Notes: generated by a model from the sequence alone, not told the origin. Shown: positions 9,911 to 21,919, numbered from the stretch's first letter. The stretch is DNA of 64,000 nt from Tubiluchus corallicola (GCA_030141605.1 JAQGDQ010000235.1:62001-126000), one strand, 5' to 3'. Program-made: numbers and translations.

Positions 9911-12274
9911 ATGGAATGCAAATTATTTAAAGTGCTGTTCTTACTTTTTGCAATTATGAGAATCGGCTTAGGCAAATACATAGATGGGCACATCACAGGA
10001 GGCAACAGACCTTCAGATGGATGCGCTGCGAATTATGCGTCCAACAAGCCTTGGCGTTACTATCGATACGAAATTACAGTTTCGGAAACATTCTTTAAGA
10101 AAGGAAATAGAATTGGTCTAAGTATTCCCAACTTTTTTCACCATAAATCACTTTATTTTGGAATTGCTCACCTGTATGAAACAATAAATGAGCGCACTGA
10201 AAAATCTTTGTTTACGACCGGATATAACAGGCGATTTCCGGGTACATCAACTACATCAACAGGTCCTTATTTAGAGTACACTTCTGATAGAAAAATTGAT
10301 ACTTATCTGTTAGAAAAGAAACGTGGTGAGCTTGAACACGAAAAACCCAAAATTCTATTGAAGTTTAGATGCGTTGCTTGCTTCCTAGACCCAAGAGGCT
10401 GGTGGGGGGGAGTCTCAGAATGTGACCACAAAGTGACAAACTATCCTCGCAACTACCATGAAGTTACACTTACCATTGTAATTGTGCCTAGCGATCAATA
10501 TGCTCCTCAAATCCACTTCTCCCCCAACATGCTTCAGTTTCTTCCTGAAGACACTCAAATTGGCTCACAATTGTGGGAATTTCATGCTGAAGACTTTGAC
10601 CGATTTAAATATGTAAAGGATTTTAAGATATGCCTGGGTTCACTTGTGAACCACGGTGGCAGTTTTAACTGCACCGGACAGGAATATTTTCAAGGTAACA
10701 CTATAGAAAAGGATTTCAATTCTTATCAACCAGCAAAGAAACTTGACTTTTTTGTTTATCTGAATAAGAAAGTGCACTACAAGACCACAAGGACTCTGGT
10801 GGTGAATCTTTGGTTGATACCCAATACTAAGTTCAATGCACCGCCGATTAAGAATGCTGCGCCAGCTAAAAGACAGCCTAGCAAATATAGTATTAATTTG
10901 CCTATAGAGAATAAAAATAACGAAAATCCTGAATTTTCTCACTATCTGTATCAGGTCAGAGTGTATAAAGAAAATTTTAGCGCATCACTGAAAGTTGAAC
11001 CAGCAAAGATCGATGCAAATGACAAAGATGGACTAGGAAATGTTGTGTTTTTCTCTTTTCCGTATCCAGACCAAATAGAAAACAAATTTAAAATAGATGC
11101 AGCAAATGGTGAAATTACTATTGTTGAAAATCTTACTACATCAGTTATTTACCACACTCTTGTTCAAGCAACAGAACGTGATGATGCTGAACATTATGAC
11201 AGAGCACTCTTATCTGTTGAAATCAGACAAAATTCTGTAAAGTTCAAAAAAGAAAGTTTTTCAGTCGATGTGTTTGATCACGAACGTGTTGACACAATCA
11301 TATTATTGGTGCCTGCTCTTATTGGTAATTCAGAAATGCACCTCTCCTATACATTAAAGACTAAGCAGGATGTGGCGGTAAATGACTTTAGTTTAATCGT
11401 AAATAAACTGCAAAATGCAAGTACATCTATCTTAGGTATGGTTATAGCTTCAAAGCTAAATGAAGGTATTAAGGATCACTACGAACTTGTTGTAAAGGTT
11501 CACAATACTGAAACAAAAAGGCAAGCAGGAACTGTTGATGTTACTGTTGATGTGAGAAATGCGGCACTAAAAAGTCCCAAGTTTGTTCAAAATGCCTACG
11601 TGTTTAACAGTACAGGAGTTGCTAAATCATTTGTTGGTCAAGTTCAGGCAAAGTTTGAAACTCACAATAATTCGCAGATATTATACTCAATTCTAAGCTA
11701 CAAAAATCTCGTCCAAATGAACTCCGAAGGAAAGATCTCCCTGATTGGAGGTGTAAAAGGAAAAATGATGATTGGCTTGAGTGCTTGCATCGCAGGAACA
11801 AATAGCACAATCCGATGTGGTTATGCTGTAGCAATAATAACAACACCGACTGATGGTAAGACAGGATGGACTGATCCCGAACTGCTACTGCCTAGTGTTT
11901 CGTCTGGATTTGTACTATTGACTCTAGATATTGTGGTATTGTTTGGACTCATAGTTGCCCTATTGGTTTGTCTGATCAGAAAGGATAACATTAGCACTAG
12001 TTCTGGTTATGAGACAAAAAAGGAAGGTGTAACAAAAGACGCTTCTGCCCAAGGTGACAAAGCGGAAAAGGATGCTGAAATAATTGTTGCTTCGATTGAA
12101 GGAGAAGAAATAGAAGAGTTTGCTGATACTGGTCTTGCTTCAAATGAAAACGATGTAGTAAAAAGATATGAAAAGGAAGACGGTGTTGAAAAAGAAGATG
12201 CAGTAAAGCATATGGATATTGTAGTTACTTCTGTTGAAGCAAATGAAACAGCAAACCGTGCTGAAACAAATTGA
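9911..12274 (+). CDS. Single-exon divergent cadherin-like type I membrane protein
   Basis: Signal peptide; cadherin-type motifs SDQYAP, LPED, AEDFD, NKNNENPEF, ANDKD, FKIDAANGEI and VQATERD; TM segment FVLLTLDIVVLFGLIVALLVCLI-RK; acidic cytoplasmic tail. Confidence 0.85.
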   Translation: MECKLFKVLFLLFAIMRIGLGKYIDGHITGGNRPSDGCAANYASNKPWRYYRYEITVSETFFKKGNRIGLSIPNFFHHKSLYFGIAHLYETINERTEKSLFTTGYNRRFPGTSTTSTGPYLEYTSDRKIDTYLLEKKRGELEHEKPKILLKFRCVACFLDPRGWWGGVSECDHKVTNYPRNYHEVTLTIVIVPSDQYAPQIHFSPNMLQFLPEDTQIGSQLWEFHAEDFDRFKYVKDFKICLGSLVNHGGSFNCTGQEYFQGNTIEKDFNSYQPAKKLDFFVYLNKKVHYKTTRTLVVNLWLIPNTKFNAPPIKNAAPAKRQPSKYSINLPIENKNNENPEFSHYLYQVRVYKENFSASLKVEPAKIDANDKDGLGNVVFFSFPYPDQIENKFKIDAANGEITIVENLTTSVIYHTLVQATERDDAEHYDRALLSVEIRQNSVKFKKESFSVDVFDHERVDTIILLVPALIGNSEMHLSYTLKTKQDVAVNDFSLIVNKLQNASTSILGMVIASKLNEGIKDHYELVVKVHNTETKRQAGTVDVTVDVRNAALKSPKFVQNAYVFNSTGVAKSFVGQVQAKFETHNNSQILYSILSYKNLVQMNSEGKISLIGGVKGKMMIGLSACIAGTNSTIRCGYAVAIITTPTDGKTGWTDPELLLPSVSSGFVLLTLDIVVLFGLIVALLVCLIRKDNISTSSGYETKKEGVTKDASAQGDKAEKDAEIIVASIEGEEIEEFADTGLASNENDVVKRYEKEDGVEKEDAVKHMDIVVTSVEANETANRAETN

Positions 12275-12607
12275 TTCAATAAAAAGAGGTAACGCAGAAG
12301 AGCATGCAGATATTGAAGTTAATTCTATAGAAGGAGGAGAGTTCAAGGATCATTGTGCAGGAGCTATTTCGGCAGAGGCACTTGAGATTGATATGGCGGC
12401 TGGTCTCGTCGGAGGAAAGAATAAGTTGTTATTCTAAACATCAGTTAATGGAACAGCACAAATTTATTTTACAGTCTTGCTTTATGTTTATCAATTGTTT
12501 GAAACACGCTTTAGTTGTTCTTCAGATTATTGCTTTTTTTAAGAAAAATTTTACAAAATAATTTTGCATTAAAAATACATTTTGCTGGATTGAATTTTTC
12601 GTGTAAA

Positions 12608-13160
12608 TTGTTGTAGTTGGCATCCATCTGTCTCGGAATAGAATGGAGTGTGCGCCAAGAGAGACAGTTATTGATCACATTGATGGAGCTGCAGCGTCGA
12701 CTGTGGCTGAGCAATCCGATCCTTGAACCACTGGAGTGGACTCTCCGGGGCGCACGCCTGGGCAAGGTGTATGGAGATCCTGAGCTGCCCAGACAACAGG
12801 AACCCCCTCTCTTCCTCGCTGGTGTAGTCCAAAGGAAAGTGGAGCGATACGTTTGGTACCAGGTTGGCTGCCAGAGTCAGTGAGCATGCTGCACTGGTCC
12901 GCCTTCGGGGCACCACTCCTGATTTGGAAGGTTTATTCCTCTACACACGGCCATTGTGTCACTTGACCTCCTCCACCCTCTAGCCGTTTGCTGCTTATGC
13001 AGCTCCTCCGCCTAGTGTCGAGTTACAGTGTGGGCATCCCGCAAACCTACAGCACCTGGTATTCCTAGGCGGACACCCATGCAAGCACTAACCAGGCTCT
13101 ACGTTGCTTAAGTTCGGTGATCAGACGAGAACCGATGTTTTCAAGTGATTTGGCCTTGGT
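12608..13160 (-). mobile_element. Putative 5S rRNA-derived SINE (SINE3-type)
   Basis: 5S head at 13043-13160 with only TTT after it, then a ~430-bp GC-rich body ending in caactacaacaa, sharply bounded by AT-rich DNA. Confidence 0.65.
13043..13160 (-). rRNA. 5S rRNA-derived sequence (diverged; pseudogene or SINE head)
   Basis: Reverse complement accaaggccaaatcacttgaaaacatcggttctcgtctgatcaccgaacttaagcaac...gcctggttagtgcttgcatggg...gaataccaggtgctgtaggttt is a full-length match to metazoan 5S, with substitutions in the internal control region. Confidence 0.9.
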
Positions 13161-13602
13161 GTTTTTGTGGTTGTGGTTGTGTGGTGTTTTTGGTTTTGGT
13201 TGTGTGAAAAACTTAAACATCCATCTTATTGTTACCATCGTTCAATTGTTTTTAACACAAGAACAGCTTTCTGCCTAATAAGAAACTGCGTGAAATAATA
13301 TAATTTCATTATGTATTACCTTTGCCCATATCTACTATCATAAAATCGCTACGTTATAAGACATGTTTAGTCACCAATGACTAAATGACTAAATCGCCTA
13401 CGATTAAGTCATCTATTCTAACATCGTACATGTATGTTGATTGAATATGAAAAAGCATTTCAATGGATGACAACTGCAGCCTGAAAAAGTTTCACACGGC
13501 ACTAAAGTTCGTCGTTGTCATTACAGACTTCAACTACTTGGAAAATTTAGCAAGCTCAAAAAATCACCTTTTTGATACTTATAACACGGTTCTCATACAC
13601 TT

Positions 13603-13884
13603 GTGGTGTGGTGGCTACTGGCTAGAGCTTCATGTGTGGTGGTTACTGGCTAGGGCTTCATGTGTGGTGGCTACTGGCTAGGGCTTCATGTGTGGTGGCT
13701 ACTGGCTAGGGCTTCATGTGTGGTGGCTACTGGCTAGGGCTTCATGTGTGGTGGCTACTGGCTAGGGCTTCATGTGTGGTGGCTACTGGCTAGGGCTTCA
13801 TGTGTGGTGGCTACTGGCTAGGGCTTCATGTGTGGTGGCTACTGGCTAGGGCTTCATGTGTGGTGGCTACTGGCTAGGGCTTCA
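13603..13884. repeat. 28-bp minisatellite, about 10 copies
   Basis: Unit tgtgtggtggctactggctagggcttca. Confidence 0.95.
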
Positions 13885-14431
13885 AATGACAGAAGTGCAA
13901 TGGTATTGCACGAAATATTGGCTTGGGATGCTTTGTTTATTCGGACGATGGGCTATAATAAAAAAACGGACAACTTGCAAGAACAAAGCAAACACAACTC
14001 AGTATTTTTTTTAAATCCCTCCTCTATTTTCCTTTATTTCTGCAACAATAATCATGTAGTTTGCTTAATTAAAATAAATAATAACTAGTTTATTAGTTTA
14101 TTAAAATCAATAATACTTTATTAAAATCAATAATAACAATAGCATATATAAGTTAGATCAATAATAACAATCATTGCAAAACACAAATATACTTAAACAA
14201 TTATTGTAGGTAATTTCGGGAAACTGGTTGAATTGGTCTTGGAGAAAGACAGGAATCTCGCTACGTAAGGGATTAGTTGTAGGGATCGAGTGTCTGTACA
14301 CGCTTTCGACATGGGAATGACGGCTTTGTATATGAGCAGCAAATAGCTCGAAGTCAGCTTTTATTTCCAATACAGACGAGTTCAGGTTTCACCTAGTTGC
14401 TGTAGCCTACGCAGTTATTGTATATTAATTA

Positions 14432-14940
14432 CAGTCATTTGCAAAAGTTTAAGAACAAGCTCGAGTTTTCCGGATTTTCTTCATACTGTACCCTGATTGC
14501 ATCAGCTTCTTTGTTGATTGCATCATACTGCTAGTGGTTTGAAAGAGTACGTCTAGTGAGTATGACCGACTCATTTGCCTGCCGCTATCCATACAGATCG
14601 GCCGTTTTTGTATTTTTCTTGTAATCCAAAAATGAACAAAAATCATCATTGAGTGAGACTCAGAGGGTTCAAATCGTGACTTTACATCAAGAAGGATATA
14701 CTGAAAGGGGGATAAGTGCTAGATTACGGTTTTCCAAGACAGTCGTGTGCCAAGCTATCGTCAAATTCGAGACTGATGGCACTTACAGCGATAGGAAACG
14801 GTCTGGACGTCCGCAGAAGACTACCCAAAGAGACGACCACATCATGAGACGCATGGTGGTACGCTCGCCTATGAGCTCCTGCAAGATTCGGGCTCAGATG
14901 CGCTTGACAGGCTTGTATATAAGCTCAGCACTAAAGTGAG
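14432..14940 (+). mobile_element. Truncated Tc1/mariner transposon (left end and HTH part of the transposase)
   Basis: ta|cagtcatttgcaaaagtttaagaaca terminus; paired-like HTH followed by RKRSGRPQKTT..DD; no DDE domain or right TIR seen. Confidence 0.85.
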
Positions 14941-15766
14941 TCAGTAACTAGTCGGTGGGTTGAACCTTGAGCTACAGTTGAGTTTAGGCAAAACACGAAG
15001 AAAAGTCAAAACAGGAAAAGGTCATTTCTTCATTTTTTTCTCAATTATGTATAAATGTTTAGGAAAGATTAAATAATAACACTACTTTACTCTTTTCCTA
15101 ATTTAATTGTAATAGTACACTGCCAGAGTTTGAGTGTTTTTCCTGCACATCACAGCTGTGCAACTGCTGCTCTGCTTGTTGTTGAGAACAACTCTTCTCT
15201 TTTCCTTGGTCTTGCTCTCTTTTTATCAGGAGTTTCTTGTGCTCATTGCGAAGCAACATGATAAGCGACTACTTTGCATGCCAGATCGTAGGTGTAACTT
15301 ATTAACGTGTGCTTGCTTTAGGAATGCTTGAAATTTGATTACTCTTTGTTATATATAACTTGTTTATATTTATAGTACTTTGGTGTATATCATATCAATT
15401 TTTCGTAATTAATTTCAAGTGTTGAAATTGAAATTGAAATTCTTGTAATCCATCATGGCGGCTTCCATGTGCGCTCGGAGTTGTATCTATTCTACCCAAG
15501 TTTTTCTTATTTGTTTTATGTAACCTGGGTGCAATTAAGTTCAGACGTTAGTAGACAACTTCACTATCTTCTGATGTGTTCTAATGTGGTAGCTAATACC
15601 GTTTACAGCCTCTGCCATCCAGCCAAATGACAGTTTTTGTCAAGTGGTACAATAAAATGACAAGTTTTTACTGTTCTCTGTCTGCGTTACGTCTAGCACT
15701 GTTACATTCTGATCTTCAATATTAATTTTTGCTTAATCTCATTTTCGAAATATGTAGCTGTCATCA

Positions 15767-17796
15767 AGAAATAGCTGTCAGAACTTATACTGGAGAAGTA
15801 GCTGTCAGAACTTATACTGGAGAAGTAGTTGTCAGAACTTATACTGGAGAAGTAGCTGTTAGAACTTATACTGGAGAAGTAGCTGTCAGAACTTATACTG
15901 GAGAAGTAGCTGTCCGAACTTGTACTGGGGAAATAGCTGTCAGAACTTATACTGGAGAAGTAGCTGTCAGAACTTATACTGGAGAAGTAGCTGTCAGAAC
16001 TTATACTGGAGAAGCAGCTGTCAGAACTTATACTGGTAGCTGTCAGAACTTATACTGGAGAAGTAGCTGTCAGAACTTATACTGGAGACGTAGCTGTTAG
16101 AACTTATACTGGAGAAGTAGCTGTCAGAACTTATACTGGAGAAGTAGCTGTCAGAACTTATACTGGAGAAGTAGCTGTCAGAACTTATACTGGAGAAGTA
16201 GCTGTCAGAACTTATACTGGAGAAGTAGCTGTCAGAACTTATACTGGAGAAGTAGCTGTCAGAACTTATACTGGAGAAGTAGCTGTCAGAACTTATACTG
16301 GAGAAGTAGCTGTCAGAACTTATACTGGAGAAGTAGCTGTTAGAACTTATACTGGAGAAGTAGCTGTCAGAACTTATACTGGAGAAGTAGCTGTCAGAAC
16401 TTATACTGGAGAAGTAGCTGTCAGAACTTATACTGGAGAAGTAGCTGTTAGAACTTATACTGGAGAAGTAGCTGTCAGAACTTATACTGGAGAAGTAGCT
16501 GTTAGAACTTATACTGGAGAAGTAGCTGTTAGAACTTATACTGGAGAAATAGCTGTCAGAACTTATACTGGAGAAATAGCTGTCAGAACTTATACTGGAG
16601 AAATAGCTGTCAGAACTCATACTGGAGATGTAGCTGTCAGAACTTATACTGGAGAAGTAGCTGTCAGAACTTATACTGGAGAAATAGTTGTCAGAACTTA
16701 TACTGGAGAAGTAGCTGTCAGAACTTATACTGGAGAAGTAGCTGTCAGAACTTATACTGGAGAAGTAGCTGTCAGAACTTATACTGGAGAAATAGCTGTC
16801 AGAACTTATACTGCAGAAGTAGTTGTCAGAACTTATACTGGAGAAGTAGCTGTCAGAACTTATACTGGAGAAGTAGCTGTCAGAACTTATACTGCAGAAG
16901 TAGTTGTCAGAACTTATACTGGAGAAGTAGCTGTCAGAACTTATACTGCAGAAGTAGTTGTCAGAACTTATACTGGAGAAGTAGCTGTTAGAACTTATAC
17001 TGGAGAAGTAGCTGTCAGAACTGATACTGGAGAAGTAGCTGTCAGAACTTATACTGGAGAAGTAGCTGTCAGAATTTATACTGGAGAAGTAGCTGTCAGA
17101 ACTTATACTGCAGAAGTAGCTGTCAGAACTTATACTGGAGAAGTAGCTGTCAGAACTTATACTGCAGAAGTAGCTGTCAGAACTTATACTGGAGAAGTAG
17201 CTGTCAGAACTTATACTGAAGAAGTAGCTGTTAGAACTTATACTGGAGAAGTAGCTGTCAGAACTTATACTGGAGAAGTAGCTGTCAGAACTTATACTGG
17301 AGAAGTAGCTGTCAGAACTTATACTGGAGAAGTAGCTGTCAGAACTTATACTGGAGAAGTAGCTGTCAGAACTTATACTGGAGAAGTAGCTGTCAGAACT
17401 TATACTGGAGAAGTAGCTGTCAGAACTTATACTGGAGAAGTAGCTGTCAGAACTTATACTGGAGAAGTAGCTGTCAGAACTTATACTGGAGAAGTAGCTG
17501 TCAGAACTTATACTGGAGAAGTAGCTGTCAGAACTTATACTGGAGAAGTAGCTGTCAGAACTTATACTGGAGAAGTAGCTGTCAGAACTTATACTGGAGA
17601 AGTAGCTGTCAGAACTTATACTGGAGAAGTAGCTGTCAGAACTTATACTGGAGAAGTAGCTGTCAGAACTTATACTGGAGAAGTAGTTGTCAGAACTTAT
17701 ACAGGAGAAGTAGCTGTTAGAACTTATACTGGAGAAGTAGCTGCCAGAACTTATACTGGAGAAGTAGCTGTCCGAACTTGTACTGGAGAAATAGTT
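15767..17796. repeat. 27-bp minisatellite, about 75 copies
   Basis: Unit gtagctgtcagaacttatactggagaa; highly homogeneous, no spacers. Confidence 0.97.
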
Positions 17797-17931
17797 GCAA
17801 ACTTACGTTGGAAAAATTACAAGAAAGAAAAGATTGCTATGATTTTTTGCGACATATTTATTGACTTGAATCTGACCATTTGGATTAAACAATACAATAA
17901 CTGTGATATACTAAGTTACAAAAGCTTTAAA

Positions 17932-18161
17932 CTAATTAGCTTTGTATTCACAGATGAAATAACTCGTGCTGGAACATTTTGCGTCATTCCATTTATAATT
18001 GTGATTTGATCTGAGTTGTATGCAATCCTCGGCGCCTCTACGATCGTTTGGTTCCCCTGCACTAAAGAACGTGTGTAGACAAGGATGACCATTCGAAATC
18101 CATCTATAGCTGCCTTCCAGGAATTGATCTGTTCCACCAGTCCACCAATAATGTCCGCTAT
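17932..18161 (-). CDS. C-type lectin A, exon 3
   Basis: tttttctatag| acceptor, phase 1; SGHYWWTGGTDQFLEGSYRWISNGHPCL...EPNDRRGAEDCIQL...WNDAKCSSTSYFICEYKAN* with EPN and WND motifs; AATAAA on the minus strand at 17857-17862. Confidence 0.9.
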
Positions 18162-18859
18162 CTATAGAAAAACGTATCTATTGTTAGTTTAAACATAATT
18201 TATAGGATTGGTTGATTGGATAAATTATTGACATAGTTTAGTGAGTATACTCCGTCTTACCCCTCCCTTGACTGACCGTCTGACCCCTCCCTTGGCCCCT
18301 CCTCTGCTGCTGTATCTTACTTAAAAGGAAGAAAGGGGTATTTTAAGGTGTATCCCAAGGAAATTTGGGATATATGTTACCTATCATTACGGGCTGTTTA
18401 AAGTTATATCATTTGGAACTACTTGTTTGAAAAGCTTATATATATATATAAATATATATAGAGCTAAAAAAATTCTTAATAATATAAAATGTTCGAGTCA
18501 ACCGGTAAATCGTCATTGTTTCACCATCCCAGTGTGCACCACTGGCTCACCAAAAATAAATTATTGACCTGGCTGACAATATACAGTAATTAATACTTTT
18601 GCTTTTTGATTTTTTTTCAAATTTTAGTTTAAACATAATTTATAGGATTGGATCAGACAGACATTGAACAACACGATTTAGGACCCTCACCACAAGAGAC
18701 TTTATACACTATTTACAAAAACATTTACAGTAGGAATAGACTATAACTGCACAAGCTGACAAGTTTTACTGCAAGATTACATTAGACATTAGTAGAAAAT
18801 GACGGTTGGAAAATATTAATGTACGAATATTTAAGACTGATGCATTTCATATCAGATAG

Positions 18860-19185
18860 AAACTACTGGAAGTGTTTAGTCAATAATATAAAGTCATGTA
18901 TGCATTGGAATATTTTACAGTTAGCAACACAGTTTAATTCATCTTTACCGAATAATAACAACTTCAACAGATCATTAGTTCCTAAGACAGCTATATTAAG
19001 GTTTTCGTGCAGAAGCATTTCATTTAATTTATCAAACATAACAACCCTAGCTAGTTGATGAAATGGGCAGTGCAACAAAAAGTGCTCAACAGACTGAAAT
19101 GGAAGTCCACAGTTACAGTTGGGCAATACTGGATGACCGTTATTATCTTTGCAGCCTTTAGAGAAAAGATCATAGTTTAGCTATA
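18860..19185 (-). mobile_element. LINE ORF2 3-prime end (zinc knuckle) in lectin A intron 2
   Basis: LNYDLF...CNCGLPFQSVEHFLLHCP. Confidence 0.75.
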
Positions 19186-19613
19186 TGATGCACTGAAATT
19201 GGAGATTTACCAAATGAAAAATGTTTCTTACGCAACAATGATAAAACTTAAATGAGATTTGAGCTCTTGTTTGAAGAGTGAAATGAAAAGGGAAAATAGA
19301 TCCCTTTCGGTGAATTGAGTTAACAAACAGAACGGTTTTTAATTAATTACTAACAAATCAATTCGTATCGAAATAATTACATAAAATTACTTACAACCAG
19401 TGACTTACAACCAAACAAACGCATGTAATTTTTATGTTGTAATTTAAACAAACAAATATACGAAAATTTACCCACGAACTTGATAAAATCCTAAACAAAA
19501 ATGTTTTGCTTACGAATCACCTAAATTCAGCAGTTCAAGAATATGCCAGTACGCGGTTTTAAGCACGTGACAACCGACAACAAACTGTGCGAGCGACAGG
19601 TGCTGTAGGTGCT

Positions 19614-21523
19614 GCAGTTCCGCAATACCTATACACGAGCCACCACTGCGTGCAGTTCCGCAACACCTATACACGAGCCACCACTGCGTGCAGTTCCGCA
19701 ATACCTATACACCAGCCACCACTGCGTGCAGTTCCGCAATACCTATACACCAGCCACCACTGCGTGCAGTTCCGCAACACCTATACACGAGCCACCACTG
19801 CGTGCAGTTCCGCAACACCTATACACGAGCCACCACTGCGTGCAGTTCCGCAATACCTATACACGAGCCACCACTGCGTGCAGTTCCGCAACACCTATAC
19901 ACGAGCCACCACTGCGTGCAGTTCCGCAATACCTATACACCAGCCACCACTGCGTGCAGTTCCGCAACACCTATACACGAGCCACCACTGCGTGCAGTTC
20001 CGCAATACCTATACACGAGCCACCACTGCGTGCAGTTCCGCAATACCTATACACGAGCCACCACTGCGTGCAGTTCCGCAATACCTATACACGAGCCACC
20101 ACTGCGTGCAGTTCCGCAACACCTATACACGAGCCACCACTGCGTGCAGTTCCGCAACACCTATACACCAGCCACCACTGCGTGCAGTTCCGCAACACCT
20201 ATACACCAGCCACCACTGCGTGCAGTTCCGCAACACCTATACACGAGCCACCACTGCGTGCAGTTCCACAACACCTATACACCAGCGACCACTGCGTGCA
20301 GTTCCGCAACACCTATACACCAGCCACCACTGCGTGCAGTTCCGCAACACCTCTACACGAGCCACCACTGCGTGCAGTTCCACAACACCTATACACCAGC
20401 CACCACTGCGTGCAGTTCCACAATACCTATACACCAGCCACCATTGCGTGCAGTTCCGCAACACCTATACACGAGCCACCACTGCGTGCAGTTCCACAAC
20501 ACCTATACACCAGCGACCACTGCGTGCAGTTCCGCAATACCTATACACCAGCCACCACTGCGTGCAGTTCCGCAATACCTATACACCAGCCACCACTGCG
20601 TGCAGTTCCGCAATACCTATACACCAGCCACCACTGCGTGCAGTTCCACAATACCTATACACGAGCCACCACTGCGTGCAGTTCCGCAATACCTATACAC
20701 GAGCCACCACTGCATGCAGTTCCACAACACCTATACACCAACCACCGCTGCGTGCAGTTCCGCAATACCTATACACCAGCCACCACTGCGTGCAGTACCG
20801 CAATACCTATACACGACCCACCACTGCATGCAGTTCCGCAACACCTATACACCAGCCACCACTGCGTGCAGTTCCGCAACACCTATACACGTGCAGTTCC
20901 ACAACACCTATACACCAGCGACCACTGCGTGCAGTTCCGCAATACCTATACACGAGCCACCACTGCATGCAGTTCCACAACACCTATACACCAACCACCG
21001 CTGCGTGCAGTTCCGCAATACCTATACACCAGCCACCACTGCGTGCAGTACCGCAATACCTATACACGACCCACCACTGCATGCAGTTCCGCAACACCTA
21101 TACACCAGCCACCACTGCGTGCAGTTCCGCAACACCTATACACGTGCAGTTCCACAACACCTATACACCAGCGACCACTGCGTGCAGTTCCACAACACCT
21201 ATACACGAGCCACCACTGCATGCAGTTCCGCAATACCTATACACGAGCCACCACTGCGTGCAGTTCCGCAACACCTATACACCAGCCACCACTGTGTGCA
21301 GTTCCGCAACACCTATACACGAGCCACCACTGCGTGCAGTTCCACAACACCTATACACGAGCCACCACTGCGTGCAGTTCTGCAACACCTATACACGAGC
21401 CACCACTGCGTGCAGTTCCGCAACACCTATACACCAGCCACCACTGCGTGCAGTTCCGCAACACCTATACACCAGCCACCACTGCGTGCAGTTCCGCAAC
21501 ACCTATACACCAACCACCACTGC
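19614..21523. repeat. 38-bp minisatellite, about 50 copies, in lectin A intron 2
   Basis: Unit gcagttccgcaa(t/c)acctatacac(g/c)agccaccactgcgt. Confidence 0.97.
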
Positions 21524-21687
21524 TTACCACATAACTACAAAAATGATTTCTGCAGCTCTATACGCTGCAGGAATTGCAGTTAAAGGAAAACAGCTTGATT
21601 TTTTACGTCTTACCCAAGTTTGAACTACAGTAAAAAATATACACTTTAATGCCAAAGTTAAAGGAAAACAACATGAGTTTCCGAGAC

Positions 21688-21856
21688 CTTTCAACTGCTT
21701 GACTAGAAACCTCTGTACTGCAGGCGTTTCTATAGCAACTAATTCACTGCCGTTCATTCTGCATCTTATTACGGCTTTCCACCAATCAGCACGTTCTTCA
21801 GGAAATACGTAACATTTCCCATTGTAGTATTCTCCACCTTTTGAGCAACAAGTGGC
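21688..21856 (-). CDS. C-type lectin A, exon 2
   Basis: gcttctag| acceptor; ATCCSKGGEYYNGKCYVFPEERADWWKAVIRCRMNGSELVAIETPAVQRFLVKQLK; phase-1 donor |gtctcg is weak, so the 3-prime boundary is uncertain. Confidence 0.85.
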
Positions 21857-21919
21857 CTAGAAGCAGACATAAGAACTTTATTGCATTCAAATGTTAAAGA
21901 TGAAAATGGTTTTCACTTC

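Noticed and set aside
12620-13040. HDV-like ribozyme in the SINE body
   Set aside because: I could not build the nested double pseudoknot by eye; an Infernal or RNArobo search would be needed.
13043-13160. Functional 5S rRNA gene
   Set aside because: Solitary copy, substitutions in the internal promoter boxes and no T4+ terminator.
14158-14395. Minus-strand segment with GNK(A)D resembling a GTPase G4 motif
   Set aside because: Requires a frameshift, and no other G-motifs are nearby.
15455-15523. ATGGCGGCTTCCATG, a possible first exon (MAASM...)
   Set aside because: Stops after 22 codons, with no convincing donor or downstream exons.
15767-17796. CRISPR-like arrays (the 27-, 28-, 38- and 39-bp repeats have CRISPR-like unit lengths)
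   Set aside because: Units are head-to-tail with no unique spacers, there are no cas genes, and the context is eukaryotic.
17916-18137. Track ORF MEQINSWK...
   Set aside because: Wrong frame of lectin A exon 3.
19587-21623. Long ORFs of 630-680 aa, and similar ORFs at 28748, 33323, 53751, 59235 and 61907
   Set aside because: Translations of tandem repeats with no domain signature; several lie within introns.
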